From positions 6,592,001 to 6,656,000 of the forward strand of contig OY760175.1 in the NCBI GenBank assembly GCA_963663165.1: 64,000 nucleotides of DNA, read 5' to 3'. This DNA is from an uncultured Desulfospira sp. Its GTDB lineage: Bacteria > Desulfobacterota > Desulfobacteria > Desulfobacterales > Desulfobacteraceae. Every line of letters starts with the position of its first letter. Within the stretch, counting starts at the first letter, position 1. Both the position numbers and the translations under genes were made by a program. Shown piece by piece: positions 49,715-59,910 of the stretch. The notes under the pieces were generated by a model. That model made no database searches and was not told the DNA's origin. It saw nothing but the letters and a program-made list of their open reading frames with translations.

Positions 49715-51957
49715 GCCACATCATCCAGTCCCTGCCGGTGATCAAAGAAATCCAGCAGGAACATATCGGGCTTGATTTATCCTTTGAACAGGCCGCTTCT
49801 GTGTTTGCCAATGACCCCGGCACTGTGGTTCTGCTGTCCGGCTCAGCCCTGGATTGTTCCCGATACCATATCCTGGGCGCTGATCCCTGGCTTGAGCTGA
49901 GGGGCAGGGGGGATGCCTTTTTTCTTTGCCTCCAGGGACAGACCTACCGGGTGGACAAGGATATCTTTGCCTTTTTAAATGACCTCTTAGGCCACTTTAA
50001 ATGTGTTTCCTCCGCAAGTTCTGACCTGCCCATTGACGCCGGGCTTTTAGGTTATTTTGCCTATGACTTAAAAGACCGGCTTGAAGAGTTGCCCAAGACA
50101 TGCCGGGATACCGGGCTGCCGGATCTGGTCTTATATGCCCCGTCGTTTATCCTGGTCCAGGACCGGTTGACGGCCAAAACGGTTTTGTCCATTCCGGTTT
50201 TGAGTACGGCTGATTCAAAACCCCCCATCCGCCAGGTCAGAGAAAAGGTGTTGGACAGGCTTGCCGGGTATCAGCCCGGCAAAACAGCCCCATCTTTTTG
50301 TGTGGGCCGTGACGGGCTGACGTCAAGCTATACCAAACCTGAGTATGTAGCGGCCGTAAACCGGATTATTCAATATTTAAAAGAAGGGGATATTTACCAG
50401 GCCAACCTTTCCCAGCGGTTTGAAACCCGGTTTAGAGGGGATGCCTATGCCCTTTTTTTAGAGTTGTATAAACAAAATCCCGCCCCCTTTTTTTCCTTTA
50501 TCCATGCCGGTGACCATGACATTGTCTCCACCTCGCCGGAACGGTTTATCAAGGTTTCAGGGACCCATATTGAAACCCGGCCCATCAAGGGGACCATCAG
50601 CCGGGGAAAGACAACGGCGCAGGACGAGCAGAACAGCCGGCTCCTGACATCAAGCCTGAAGGATGATGCTGAGCTGACCATGATTGTGGATCTCATGCGA
50701 AACGACATCTCACGGGTGGCCCGGCATGAATCCGTAAAGGTGGTGGAACATAAACGGCTGGAACCCTACGACAATGTGTTTCATCTGGTCTCTGTGGTGG
50801 AGGGGGAGCTGTTGCCCGGCAAAACCTGTGTGGACCTGCTCAAAGCGGTTTTCCCCGGCGGTTCCATCACCGGGTGCCCCAAAATCCGGTCCATGGAAAT
50901 CATTGATGAACTCGAATCGGTGCGCCGGCATGTGTATACCGGGTCCATCGGATATGTCAGCTTTCATGGCACCATGGACCTTTCCATTGCCATCCGGACG
51001 GCCACCATCAAGGGGGACACCCTTTGTTTTTCCGTGGGCGGCGGGATTGTCTATGATTCAGATCCCCTGCAGGAGTTTCAGGAAACCCTGGACAAGGGCC
51101 GGACCTTTCTGGATGTCCTTTCCCGGGCCGGAACGGAAAACGGCCGCCCCCGGGCCAGGGCCTGGGTGGACGGCAAAATAATAGATCAGGAAAAGGCCGT
51201 GATTCCGGCAGGAATTTCAGGGTTCCAGTACGGGGCCGGCCTGTTTGAAACCATCCGGGTGGAAAAAGGGCAGCCTGCCTTTTTGCATGAGCATGTCAGG
51301 CGCATGGAAACCGGCTGGCAGGCCCTGTTTAAATCCGATCCCCCGGATATTTCCTGGTCCTGGGTGGTGGACCTGCTGATCCGGGAAAATGGTTTTGAAA
51401 CGGTAACTGCGGCGGTTAAACTGATCATCTGTTTAACAGAGGATCATGATGGCCCCCGGCCATTTTGTGCCGCCTTTGCCCGGGAATATAAAAAACGGCC
51501 GGCCCTTGCGTTTAAACCGGGGCTGGACCTGGTTACCTATCCCCATCCGCGGCAGACCCCCCTGGCCGCTTACAAGACCTTAAATTACCTTTACTATGAC
51601 CAGGCCGGACGGTTTGCCCTGGATAACGACGCTGATGAGGCCCTGATCCTCAACCCGGACCATACCGTGTCCGAGACCAATACATGCAGCATACTGATCC
51701 GGGAAAATCAAAAGATCGTTGTTCCCGTTTCCGACCATGCCCTGGACGGGGTGACCCGGAAAGTTTTGGTCAACGGGTTGAAGAATGCCGGATATGAGGT
51801 GATTTCACGGCCTATCCCCTTATCTGAGTTTGTTTCCTGTTCTGATATCATCCTGACCAATGCCCTGATGGGGGCGGTTCCTGTCTGCCATGTGGACGGC
51901 CGCCAAATTGACTGTGATCTTGAGTTTTGCCATGAGCTCAATCGCCTTCTGGAATAA
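49711..51957 (+). CDS. pabB: Aminodeoxychorismate synthase component I fused to a class IV aminotransferase (ADC lyase-like)
   Basis: YQANLSQ, SPERF, PIKGT, IVDLMRND, PGGSITGCPK; C-terminal YGAGLFET, KTLNY, E...SE.N. Confidence 0.88.
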   Translation: MSHIIQSLPVIKEIQQEHIGLDLSFEQAASVFANDPGTVVLLSGSALDCSRYHILGADPWLELRGRGDAFFLCLQGQTYRVDKDIFAFLNDLLGHFKCVSSASSDLPIDAGLLGYFAYDLKDRLEELPKTCRDTGLPDLVLYAPSFILVQDRLTAKTVLSIPVLSTADSKPPIRQVREKVLDRLAGYQPGKTAPSFCVGRDGLTSSYTKPEYVAAVNRIIQYLKEGDIYQANLSQRFETRFRGDAYALFLELYKQNPAPFFSFIHAGDHDIVSTSPERFIKVSGTHIETRPIKGTISRGKTTAQDEQNSRLLTSSLKDDAELTMIVDLMRNDISRVARHESVKVVEHKRLEPYDNVFHLVSVVEGELLPGKTCVDLLKAVFPGGSITGCPKIRSMEIIDELESVRRHVYTGSIGYVSFHGTMDLSIAIRTATIKGDTLCFSVGGGIVYDSDPLQEFQETLDKGRTFLDVLSRAGTENGRPRARAWVDGKIIDQEKAVIPAGISGFQYGAGLFETIRVEKGQPAFLHEHVRRMETGWQALFKSDPPDISWSWVVDLLIRENGFETVTAAVKLIICLTEDHDGPRPFCAAFAREYKKRPALAFKPGLDLVTYPHPRQTPLAAYKTLNYLYYDQAGRFALDNDADEALILNPDHTVSETNTCSILIRENQKIVVPVSDHALDGVTRKVLVNGLKNAGYEVISRPIPLSEFVSCSDIILTNALMGAVPVCHVDGRQIDCDLEFCHELNRLLE

Positions 51958-52187
51958 GCGCCTGAAATGCCCTGCCGGCTATTTCAGGTGCTGCAGGGAA
52001 ACGGCTTTAAAGCCTGAAGAACTGAAAACAGCACCAGCCATCCTCTAAACTTAATTATTTGGTAATGGTCTAAAGGGAGGATTCCTGTATATGGCACTTG
52101 AATTTCAGACCGATTCCATATAATCTGGCATGCAAAACCGGACACTGATTTTGCCTTAAATTGTAATTTTCATAGAGAGTAAAGCAG

Positions 52188-52895
52188 ATGAAAAAAGTAT
52201 GGATAGCCTTGGTGGTTTTTTTCGGGCTGATATCTTTTCTGCCGATGTGCTGGGCCGGGCCAAAGGCAGTCTTTGTTGAGCCCGTGTTTGAGTTTGATCC
52301 CCTGATTGAAGGGCAGAGCGTCACCCATCAGTTTGTTGTTAAAAACCAGGGGGACACGCCCCTGAATATCATCAAGGTGTCACCGCCTTGAGGGTGTGAC
52401 AGCCGTTCTTATGACAAGCAGATTCCCCCGGGCGGGGAAGGAAAAATTGAAATCGGATTTAAAACCGGCGGATACGGCGGAAGAGCCCTGAAGAAAAGAA
52501 TTCAGGTTCTTACCAATGATCCGGACCAGACCAAGGTGGTGTTGACCATTACCGGCCAGGTTGACAGTGTGGCCGAAGTAAAACCGAGAACTACGGTCCG
52601 CATGAGCGGCGCCCCCGGGGATACGCTCGAATCCGTAGTCACCATTACCCCGGCTGAAAAATATAATTTTTCAATCACCGGGATTACCCAGAGGCAGAAT
52701 CAGAACATCACCGCCGAACTGATCAAACCCGGTGAAAATGACCGGACCTGGAAGGTAAAATTTAAAAGTACGTCACAGACGGCCCAGGACCTTTTTGATG
52801 TATTTACCTTGAAAACCGACAGCTCGTACAAGCCCAAAATTGTCATCAGAGCCTATGTGAGTTTTCGGGATAAAAACAAACCTGAAAAATCCTGA
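52188..52895 (+). CDS. Exported DUF1573-like Ig-domain protein with in-frame TGA (codon 68); candidate selenoprotein
   Basis: ORFs 52188-52391 and 52536-52895 share a frame and join through TGA 52389-52391: HQFVVKNQGDTPLNIIKVSPP-U-GCDSRSYDKQIPPGGEGKIEI...KRIQVLTNDP. Confidence 0.75.
52423..52439 (+). promoter_or_regulatory. Candidate bacterial SECIS hairpin
   Basis: TTCCCC-CGGGC-GGGGAA; loop starts 37 nt after the TGA with G at loop position 2. Confidence 0.4.
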
Positions 52896-52930
52896 TCACC
52901 AAAAATTCAGATAGAAAGGGACGGGTTCAG

Positions 52931-53572
52931 ATGAACCGGATGAAAAATGCCTCAGGGATCAAGGCCGTAATTTTTGACTGTGACGGGGTGATGTTTGATA
53001 CGGCCCAGGCCAACCGGAAATTTTACGATGAGGTGTTGGAAAATTTTGGAAAACCCCCCATGGATCAGGACCAGTTTGAAAAGGCCCACATGATGACGGT
53101 GGCCGATGCCATTGCCATGCTGTTCCCTGAGATGGAAGACAGGGTTCCGGTGTTTAAATGTATGAAGGGCATTGGTTATTTTAAATTTATTCCGTACATG
53201 AAAATGGAGGACGGACTGATCCCCCTGCTGGAGACCATAAAATCCAGGGGCTGGATCAGGGGCATTGCCACCAACCGGACCAATACCATGGATACGGTTT
53301 TATCTGACTGGCATTTAGAGCCTCATTTTGATGTGGTGGTCACGGCAAGGGATGTAAAAAACCCCAAGCCGGCCCCGGACCAGCTGCTCAAGATCATGGA
53401 GCAATACGCCTTTGGTCCTGAAGAGATGGTGTTTTTAGGGGACACGGTGTATGACCAGATGGCAGCCAACGCCGCCGGGGTGGGATTTATTGCCTTTCGA
53501 AGCCCGACACTTACGGCCGATGCCCATGTGGATACCATGGACCAGGTAAGACAAGTTTTGCAGTTAAAGTAA
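52931..53572 (+). CDS. HAD-superfamily hydrolase (phosphoglycolate phosphatase-like)
   Basis: FDCDGV, ATN, KP.P, GD..YD. Confidence 0.9.
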   Translation: MNRMKNASGIKAVIFDCDGVMFDTAQANRKFYDEVLENFGKPPMDQDQFEKAHMMTVADAIAMLFPEMEDRVPVFKCMKGIGYFKFIPYMKMEDGLIPLLETIKSRGWIRGIATNRTNTMDTVLSDWHLEPHFDVVVTARDVKNPKPAPDQLLKIMEQYAFGPEEMVFLGDTVYDQMAANAAGVGFIAFRSPTLTADAHVDTMDQVRQVLQLK

Positions 53573-53580
53573 TAAAAATC

Positions 53581-53660
53581 TTGACAAATTTTTTAATCAT
53601 CATTAAATCTTACGAGATTTTGAATGTGATTATTGATAAATGTTTGGTTCAAACATTTAT
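53581..53660 (+). promoter_or_regulatory. sat promoter with downstream 11-bp inverted repeat
   Basis: TTGACA-N17-TAAATC; ATAAATGTTTG-GTT-CAAACATTTAT at 53636-53660. Confidence 0.55.
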
Positions 53661-53704
53661 TTGGGTATACGTTAATGCAATAAAAACCAAAGGAGAATGA
53701 TTGA

Positions 53705-54982
53705 ATGTCTAAATTAGTTGCCCCACATGGTGGAAAAGGCCTCGTGATTTGTAAACTCGAAGGCGCAGAACTTGAAGCAGAACTTAAAAAAGCAGCAGGC
53801 TTAAAAAAGATTGAGATTTCCTCCCAGGTTAAAGGCGACCTGATTATGCTGGGTATCGGTGGTTTCAGCCCCCTTAACGGTTTCATGACCAAAGCGGACT
53901 GGAAGAGCGTATGTGAGGATTTCCTCCTGGCCGACGGCACATTCTGGCCTGTCCCGGTAATGCTCGACGCTTCCAAGGAAGATGCCGACGCCATCAACGT
54001 CGGTGATGAAATCACCCTGGAAAGAAACGGCGAAATCTACGCCACAATGAAGGTCGAAGAAAAATTCGAGCTGTCCGAAGACGAGAAAAAATGGGAATGT
54101 GAAAAGGTCTACAAAGGCCATGGTGAAGAGTCTGCAGACGATGTTTTCTGGAAAATTGCCATGGAAGACCATCCTGGCGTTAAAATGGTTATGGCCAGAA
54201 AAGAATACTGCCTGTCAGGCCCTGTAAAAGTCCTTTCCGAAGGCGAATTCCCCGAAAAATTCAAAGGTGTTTACCTGACCCCGACCGAAACCCGTGCGAT
54301 CATGGATGAAAAAGGCTGGGCAAACGTTGCTTCCATGCAGCTGAGAAACCCCATGCACAGATCCCATGAGCATCTGTGCAAAATCGCTCTGGACGTTTGT
54401 GACGGCGTTCTGATCCACTCTTTGATCGGTAACCTCAAACCCGGTGATATCCCCGCAGAAGTCCGGATCAAATGCATTGACACCCTGATCAAGGGTTACT
54501 TTGTTCCCGAACACGTTATTAACGGCGGATATCCCCTTGACATGAGATATGCCGGCCCCCGTGAAGGCCTGCTCCATGCCACCTTCCGTCAGAACTACGG
54601 CGTTAACAGAATGATCATCGGCCGTGACCATGCCGGCGTTGGTGACTTCTACACCCTGTTTGAAGCCCAGGAAATTTTCGATACCATCCCCATGCCCGCA
54701 GAAGACGGCAAACGCCTGCTGTGCGAACCCCTGAAAATTGACTGGACCTTCTACTGCTACAAATGTGACGGCATGGCCTCCATGAGAACCTGCCCCCACG
54801 GCAAAGATGACCGCGTTATCCTTTCCGGTACCAAACTGCGTCATGCCCTGTCCAACAACGAACCGGTTGTTGATCACTTCGGCCGTGAAGAAGTTCTGGT
54901 TATCCTCAGAGAGTACTATGCCAGCCTGACCGAAAAGGTTGAAGTAAAACTGCAAAGCCACGCAGAAGGCACCAAGATGTAG
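53705..54982 (+). CDS. sat: Sulfate adenylyltransferase (dissimilatory type)
   Basis: [45 protein letters not shown]. Confidence 0.97.
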   Translation: MSKLVAPHGGKGLVICKLEGAELEAELKKAAGLKKIEISSQVKGDLIMLGIGGFSPLNGFMTKADWKSVCEDFLLADGTFWPVPVMLDASKEDADAINVGDEITLERNGEIYATMKVEEKFELSEDEKKWECEKVYKGHGEESADDVFWKIAMEDHPGVKMVMARKEYCLSGPVKVLSEGEFPEKFKGVYLTPTETRAIMDEKGWANVASMQLRNPMHRSHEHLCKIALDVCDGVLIHSLIGNLKPGDIPAEVRIKCIDTLIKGYFVPEHVINGGYPLDMRYAGPREGLLHATFRQNYGVNRMIIGRDHAGVGDFYTLFEAQEIFDTIPMPAEDGKRLLCEPLKIDWTFYCYKCDGMASMRTCPHGKDDRVILSGTKLRHALSNNEPVVDHFGREEVLVILREYYASLTEKVEVKLQSHAEGTKM

Positions 54983-55081
54983 CAAGAACTATTAGCTGTT
55001 AGCGATTAGCAGTTAGCTTTTCAAAGAAGTCATGAACGAAGCTGATTTTAAAAGCCGCTTCGTTCATGGCGGTTCATAAAG

Positions 55082-55120
55082 AAAACGGCCTTTCCCCGAA
55101 AAGGGGGGAAGGCCGTTTTT
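55082..55120 (+). terminator. Intrinsic terminator after sat
   Basis: AAAACGGCCTTTCCCC/GGGGGAAGGCCGTTTT. Confidence 0.8.
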
Positions 55121-55285
55121 GTTTATAACGGCCATACCCTAAAGGGCAGAAACCGGGGCCGCTTTGGTTATCCAACCAAGAGCCGCCCACAACAAATATT
55201 GAAAGTCTTTTTAGGTTGTTAGTGAGACTTTTTTATGAAACATCATGAAGAGCATATCTCCCAATGCCTGACCCTGTCCGTTACT

Positions 55286-55466
55286 CTCTGTGAAGTTTGG
55301 CGCAGCCAAACCTTAAGTGTCCTCTGTGGTTTAAAAACATGAAATCCCAAAGGGATTGAAAGGTTTTTCTTGAAATTCCTGGTTTGTGAAATCAGCGGGC
55401 TTCGCCCGCATTTTCTATTTAACCACAGAGAGAATAGAGGTTTGGCTTGCGCCAAACTACACAGAG
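55286..55466. repeat. REPIN/MITE-like element with ~48-bp imperfect terminal inverted repeats
   Basis: CTCTGTGAAGTTTGGCGCAGCCAAACC..CTCTGTGGTT / AACCACAGAG..GGTTTGGCTTGCGCCAAACTACACAGAG. Confidence 0.75.
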
Positions 55467-55502
55467 GAGACCCGCAAATAACATACCCGAAAGACATTGA
55501 AT

Positions 55503-55543
55503 GGCTAACAGCTAAAGGCTAAAGGCTAATAGCTAATCGCTAA
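55503..55543. repeat. GCTAA heptamer array overlapping the transporter stop codon
   Basis: gctaaca gctaaag gctaaag gctaata gctaatc gctaa. Confidence 0.75.
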
Positions 55544-57822
55544 TTGGGGGGTTTAAAGTCCAGATCCGCTTTCACCACCGGAACCCGGGTGGAAAAGGCC
55601 TGATTAAAGATTTCAAGGAGTTTGACGTTCTGCTTGGCCATCATCACGCAATTGCCTGAAATGGCGTAAAACAGGATGCTCAGGCGGGTTTTTGAGGAGT
55701 CATCCCTGATCCGTTCAATCTGGTTGGTGTTGTAATGGTCCACCAGGTTTCTAAGGTAATGGAACTGGTCAACAATTTCATGATAATCAACGATTTCTTT
55801 TTTGGCCAGGGCGGTTTCCACCTTAAGAAAAATATACAGAATCACCATTTTAATTTCCCTGAGTTCCTGAACCTGAACCGGTAAAAGCCCCTTGTGCCGG
55901 TTAGATACATGCATGGAGGCTTTGATGACCGTATCCCTGTACCCGTCACAGATTTTCTGGAGCCTTCGGATGATCTGGTAGTAATTATAGGAGACCTGGT
56001 TGTCTTCTTTTTGCAGATGGCGCAGCACCTTGAAGATGTTGGCAATGATGATATTGATGGCGCTTTGAAAGTGTTTGACCCGTTTTCGCTGGGTCCTTAA
56101 GGTAATCAGATCTTCTTCGAACAGGGCATCAAAGGAAAGCTCAAAGGCATGGCGGATTTCTTTTAAGATCAGGGCTAAATGATCAAAGGTTTCGGAAACA
56201 GCTGTTTCAAAATTATCGATTTTTTCCAGGTGAAATACCCGGATTTCATTTTTATCCTTTTCCTTTGTTTCATGGCTTTTTTTATTTTTCAGAATCATGA
56301 ATGCGGCAAAGGCTCCCAGCCCAACAATTCCAAATCCCTTTAAATAAAAAATCACATTGGCAAATACAAATGAAACCACAAAAGCGATAAAAGCGGTCAT
56401 AAACCAGCCGCCGACCACCGTGAGGACACCGGTAACCCTGAAAACCGCACTTTCCCTTCCCCAGGCCTGATCGGAAAAGGAACTGCCCATGGCCACCATA
56501 AAGGTCACATAGGTGGTGGACAACGGCAGTTTCAGTGATGTGGCAAAGGAGACCACCGCACTGGCCACCATGAGGTTGACAGATGCCCTGAGCAGGTCAA
56601 AAGACGGGGTTTCCAGGGCATTGAGATTCCGGCTGCCCTGTAAAGGGAGCAGCCGGTTTGAAATCCGTTCCCGGACGGTCTGCCCGGCCAAGGATTTGAC
56701 CGAGTTGAAAAGGGTATCGAACAGGTTAACAATTTTCCTGGAAAGCCAGATGGACTCAAACCGTTCCAGTCCTTCGTCCTGCCGCCCCAGGCGGATTTCA
56801 GTCTCTGTGACGGTTCTTGCCTTTTTGGAGATCCACAAGGTAACCACCATGATAGCCCCTGCAATGAGCATGATAAAGGTCTGGGAATGTACTTTTTTGC
56901 TTAAGGCCGCCATGGTGACATGAAGGGGATCTGAAGAGGCCAGGGCGTTTTGGAATGCATTCAGACCGGCTAAGGGGACACCGATGAAGTTGACCAGGTC
57001 ATTGGCGGCAAAGGCCATGGCCAGGGCAAAGGTCCCGACAAGGACAATGGGTTTGAGGATGTTGATGTTGAACATGGCAATGAGAAATTGAAACATAAGG
57101 GCGGAAATCAGGAAAATTCCGAACATGATGGCCATGGAATTGGCTTTGATCCATGCAATGGTCTGTTCATCCATAAAGGTAGCGCCTTTAGCGCCCTTGA
57201 CCAGGATGAAAAAGCAGATGGCAGTCATGGCAATGCCGCCCCAGGCCGCCCCGTACCGCCGAAGCCTGTCCCGGTAATCAAAGGTGAAAATCATCCGGGA
57301 TAGAAACTGGACCACGGCCCCTGAAAAAAAGGCCACCACAATGGACAGCAGGATGCCGCCCATAATGGCCATGGCCTTGGCTGTATTGATATACTGCCAC
57401 AACCCGAGTTCCCCATTTGACTCAGACATGATCTTAACGGCTGAGACGGCCACTGCCGCACCGAGAAGTTCAAATACAATAGAAACCGTTGTGGAGGTGG
57501 GCAGCCCATGGGTGTTGAACAGGTCCAATAAGAGGATATCCGTGATCATAACGGCAATAAAGATGGTTAACAGCTCGGGCATGGTAAAGAACTGGGGATG
57601 AAAAATGCCTTTCCGGGCCACTTCCATCATGCCGCCGGAAAAGGTCACCCCGGCCAGAATGCCCAGGCTTGCCACCAGCATGATAATTTTAAACGGGGCC
57701 GCCTTTGACCCGATGGATGAGTTTAAAAAATTAACGGCGTCATTGGTGACGCCGACAATCAGGTCAAAAACAGCGAAAAGGATTAATATACCGACGATGG
57801 CATAGCATAGTTGCAGGCTCAT
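55540..57822 (-). CDS. Inorganic phosphate transporter (PiT family) with C-terminal PhoU-like helical domain
   Basis: GVTNDAVNF, GLPTSTT, FAANDLVNF, LPLSTTYV; many TMs; soluble helical tail. Confidence 0.85.
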   Translation of the reverse strand: MSLQLCYAIVGILILFAVFDLIVGVTNDAVNFLNSSIGSKAAPFKIIMLVASLGILAGVTFSGGMMEVARKGIFHPQFFTMPELLTIFIAVMITDILLLDLFNTHGLPTSTTVSIVFELLGAAVAVSAVKIMSESNGELGLWQYINTAKAMAIMGGILLSIVVAFFSGAVVQFLSRMIFTFDYRDRLRRYGAAWGGIAMTAICFFILVKGAKGATFMDEQTIAWIKANSMAIMFGIFLISALMFQFLIAMFNINILKPIVLVGTFALAMAFAANDLVNFIGVPLAGLNAFQNALASSDPLHVTMAALSKKVHSQTFIMLIAGAIMVVTLWISKKARTVTETEIRLGRQDEGLERFESIWLSRKIVNLFDTLFNSVKSLAGQTVRERISNRLLPLQGSRNLNALETPSFDLLRASVNLMVASAVVSFATSLKLPLSTTYVTFMVAMGSSFSDQAWGRESAVFRVTGVLTVVGGWFMTAFIAFVVSFVFANVIFYLKGFGIVGLGAFAAFMILKNKKSHETKEKDKNEIRVFHLEKIDNFETAVSETFDHLALILKEIRHAFELSFDALFEEDLITLRTQRKRVKHFQSAINIIIANIFKVLRHLQKEDNQVSYNYYQIIRRLQKICDGYRDTVIKASMHVSNRHKGLLPVQVQELREIKMVILYIFLKVETALAKKEIVDYHEIVDQFHYLRNLVDHYNTNQIERIRDDSSKTRLSILFYAISGNCVMMAKQNVKLLEIFNQAFSTRVPVVKADLDFKPPN

Positions 57823-57972
57823 GGTTGTTGGCTCCTGTGTGGGTTCCTTTTAGGCGGGTTGGGGGTGGAATGTGGATGGTTCCTAATAAAATCCTAATCA
57901 AATCGCAACAAGATGCTTATATTTAGAGTATATTGAGAGAAAATTCAAGGGATTGATGGCTAAAACAGCGGC

Positions 57973-58830
57973 TTAACGGTTTTGCAGTTTTAAAATAGCG
58001 GCATAAACCTGTTTTTTGGGGATGGCGTACTGTTTTGAAATTTTCCCCGCAAGGGAAGCGGTGCCCTCATCATGACCCTGCTCAAGATGGTCTTGAATCA
58101 GGCCATCAAGTTGCTCTTCGGTCAGGCCGGGGCTTTTTTCCCGGCACCCTTCAACCAGCAGGGTGCATTCTCCTTTAACCTGGCCAAGGCTTTGAATTTT
58201 GGCCTCAAGACAGTCAATGATCCGGGAAAGGGTGCCCCTGATATATTCTTCATGTTGTTTGGTGATTTCCCGGGCCAGGCAGGCGTTTCTGTCGCCAAGG
58301 GTGTGTTTGATCTGATGGATCAGGGAAAGGATACGCCTTGGGGATTCGTAAAAAATCAGGGTGGCTTTCTGGTTTTCAAGTTCCTTGAGGGCATTGATCT
58401 GCTGCCCCTGTTTTTTGGGTAAAAATCCGACAAACAAAAACATATCAGACGGCAGTCCGGACACACTTAATCCGGCAATGGCCGCAGAACAGCCCGGGAC
58501 CGGGATAACCCGGATATCTTCTGCTGCAGCGGCACTGACCAGGCGAAAGCCCGGGTCTGAAATACAGGGTGTTCCGGCATCTGTAATCAGGGCAATGGTT
58601 TTTCCGTCGTTAAGGTGTTCGGTCAGCTGGGCTGATTTTTCTTGTTCATTGTATTCATGGCAGGAAACCATGGGGGTGGATATGCCGTAATGGGCCAGCA
58701 GTTTTCTGGAGTGGCGGGTATCCTCAGCGGCAATCATATCGGCTTGTTTCAGGATTCTTACGGCCCTGAAGGTCATGTCTTCCAGGTTGCCCAGAGGCGT
58801 GGCCACGATATAAAGAATACCGGCGCTCAT
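57973..58830 (-). CDS. rsmI: 16S rRNA C1402 2'-O-methyltransferase
   Basis: LYIVATPLGNLED, AEDTR, DAGTP.ISDPG, FYESP.R, REITK. Confidence 0.95.
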   Translation of the reverse strand: MSAGILYIVATPLGNLEDMTFRAVRILKQADMIAAEDTRHSRKLLAHYGISTPMVSCHEYNEQEKSAQLTEHLNDGKTIALITDAGTPCISDPGFRLVSAAAAEDIRVIPVPGCSAAIAGLSVSGLPSDMFLFVGFLPKKQGQQINALKELENQKATLIFYESPRRILSLIHQIKHTLGDRNACLAREITKQHEEYIRGTLSRIIDCLEAKIQSLGQVKGECTLLVEGCREKSPGLTEEQLDGLIQDHLEQGHDEGTASLAGKISKQYAIPKKQVYAAILKLQNR

Positions 58831-59198
58831 GGTCCATCAGCCTGGAATGCATTGGGGATCAGGTTCATCTGCCAGCGGCCGTTATTGAGGACCATTTCCA
58901 TGACATCAAACCGGGACCGCTGGTCATGAAGGTTGTTTTCTTTCAGATACCAGGCGGCTGCGGTAATGATTTTGCGCTGTTTGGCCACGGTCACGGCCTG
59001 CCTTGGCAGGGCCTTGTCCTTACGGGTTCTGGCCTTGACCTCTATAAAGCACAGGGTGTCCCCATCCCGGGCAATGATGTCGATTTCGGCAAATCTGGTC
59101 CGGTAATTCTGACAGACCAGGATGTATCCGTTTTGTTTCAGAAAGTCTACGGCCAGGGCCTCCCCGGTTTTCCCAAACGCTATCCTGTCCCGGCTCAT
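58827..59198 (-). CDS. YraN family protein
   Basis: GE.LA..FL, EIDIIA, FIEVKAR, RFDV. Confidence 0.9.
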   Translation of the reverse strand: MSRDRIAFGKTGEALAVDFLKQNGYILVCQNYRTRFAEIDIIARDGDTLCFIEVKARTRKDKALPRQAVTVAKQRKIITAAAWYLKENNLHDQRSRFDVMEMVLNNGRWQMNLIPNAFQADGP

Positions 59199-59794
59199 GG
59201 GCAGCGTACCCCTTTAAACGTGAGCCGGTGGACAGGGCAGTGCCCATGGTCAAGAATGGCCTGTTTGTGGGCTTGGGTGGGATAGCCCTTGTGCCTGGCA
59301 AAGCCGTATTGGGGAAAGGCCTTGTCCAGGTCTGCCATGATCCGGTCCCGGGTGACCTTGGCAATGATGGAGGCCGCAGCAATAGAGATGCTTTTTGAGT
59401 CCCCCTTGACAATGGCTTCCTGCTTGATTTCAGGGCCAAGGTCCAGGGTGAATTTCCCGTCAATGAGCAGATATTCCGGCTGGATAGAAAGAGCCTCTAC
59501 GGCCCGCTTCATGGAAAGAAGGGATGCCCTTAAGATGTTGATCCGGTCAATCTCCTCATGGTCACAGATCCCGACTTCAGCGGCCAGGGCCTGTTCCATG
59601 ATCATGGGAAAGAGGACCTCTCTTTTCTTTTCGGACAATTTTTTTGAATCGTTGATGTCCGGGCAGGTAAAGTCCAGGGGAAGGATCACCGCCGCAGAAA
59701 CGACAGGGCCGGCAAGGGGCCCCCTGCCGGCTTCGTCACATCCTGCAATATATTGGTATCCCTTTTGGGATAAGGCTGTTTCAAACTGCCGCAT
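59195..59794 (-). CDS. rnhB: Ribonuclease HII
   Basis: GCDEAGRGPLAGPV, DSKKL, SIAAASIIAKV.RD, HKGY.T; start taken at 59794 because the longer ORF reads through a repeat. Confidence 0.93.
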   Translation of the reverse strand: MRQFETALSQKGYQYIAGCDEAGRGPLAGPVVSAAVILPLDFTCPDINDSKKLSEKKREVLFPMIMEQALAAEVGICDHEEIDRINILRASLLSMKRAVEALSIQPEYLLIDGKFTLDLGPEIKQEAIVKGDSKSISIAAASIIAKVTRDRIMADLDKAFPQYGFARHKGYPTQAHKQAILDHGHCPVHRLTFKGVRCP

Positions 59795-59804
59795 AAGAAG
59801 GTGG

Positions 59805-59905
59805 TTAGGCTGAAGGTATTTAGACTGAAGGGGGTCAGGTTTAAAACACAAGATAGGCTAAGGAGTTTGTCAGCCTTAAGCCTATCTGCCTTCAGTCTTC
59901 AGCCT
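59805..59905. repeat. Inverted TAGACTGAAGG/CTTCAGCCTA repeats
   Basis: ttaggctgaagg tattt agactgaagg...cttcagtcttcagccta. Confidence 0.65.
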
Positions 59906-59910
59906 ATTTC

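Noticed and set aside
52092..52107. sigma54 promoter (TGGCACTTGAATTTCA) upstream of the DUF1573-like gene
   Set aside because: The -12 GC is absent (TTTCA instead of TTGCA); too weak to call
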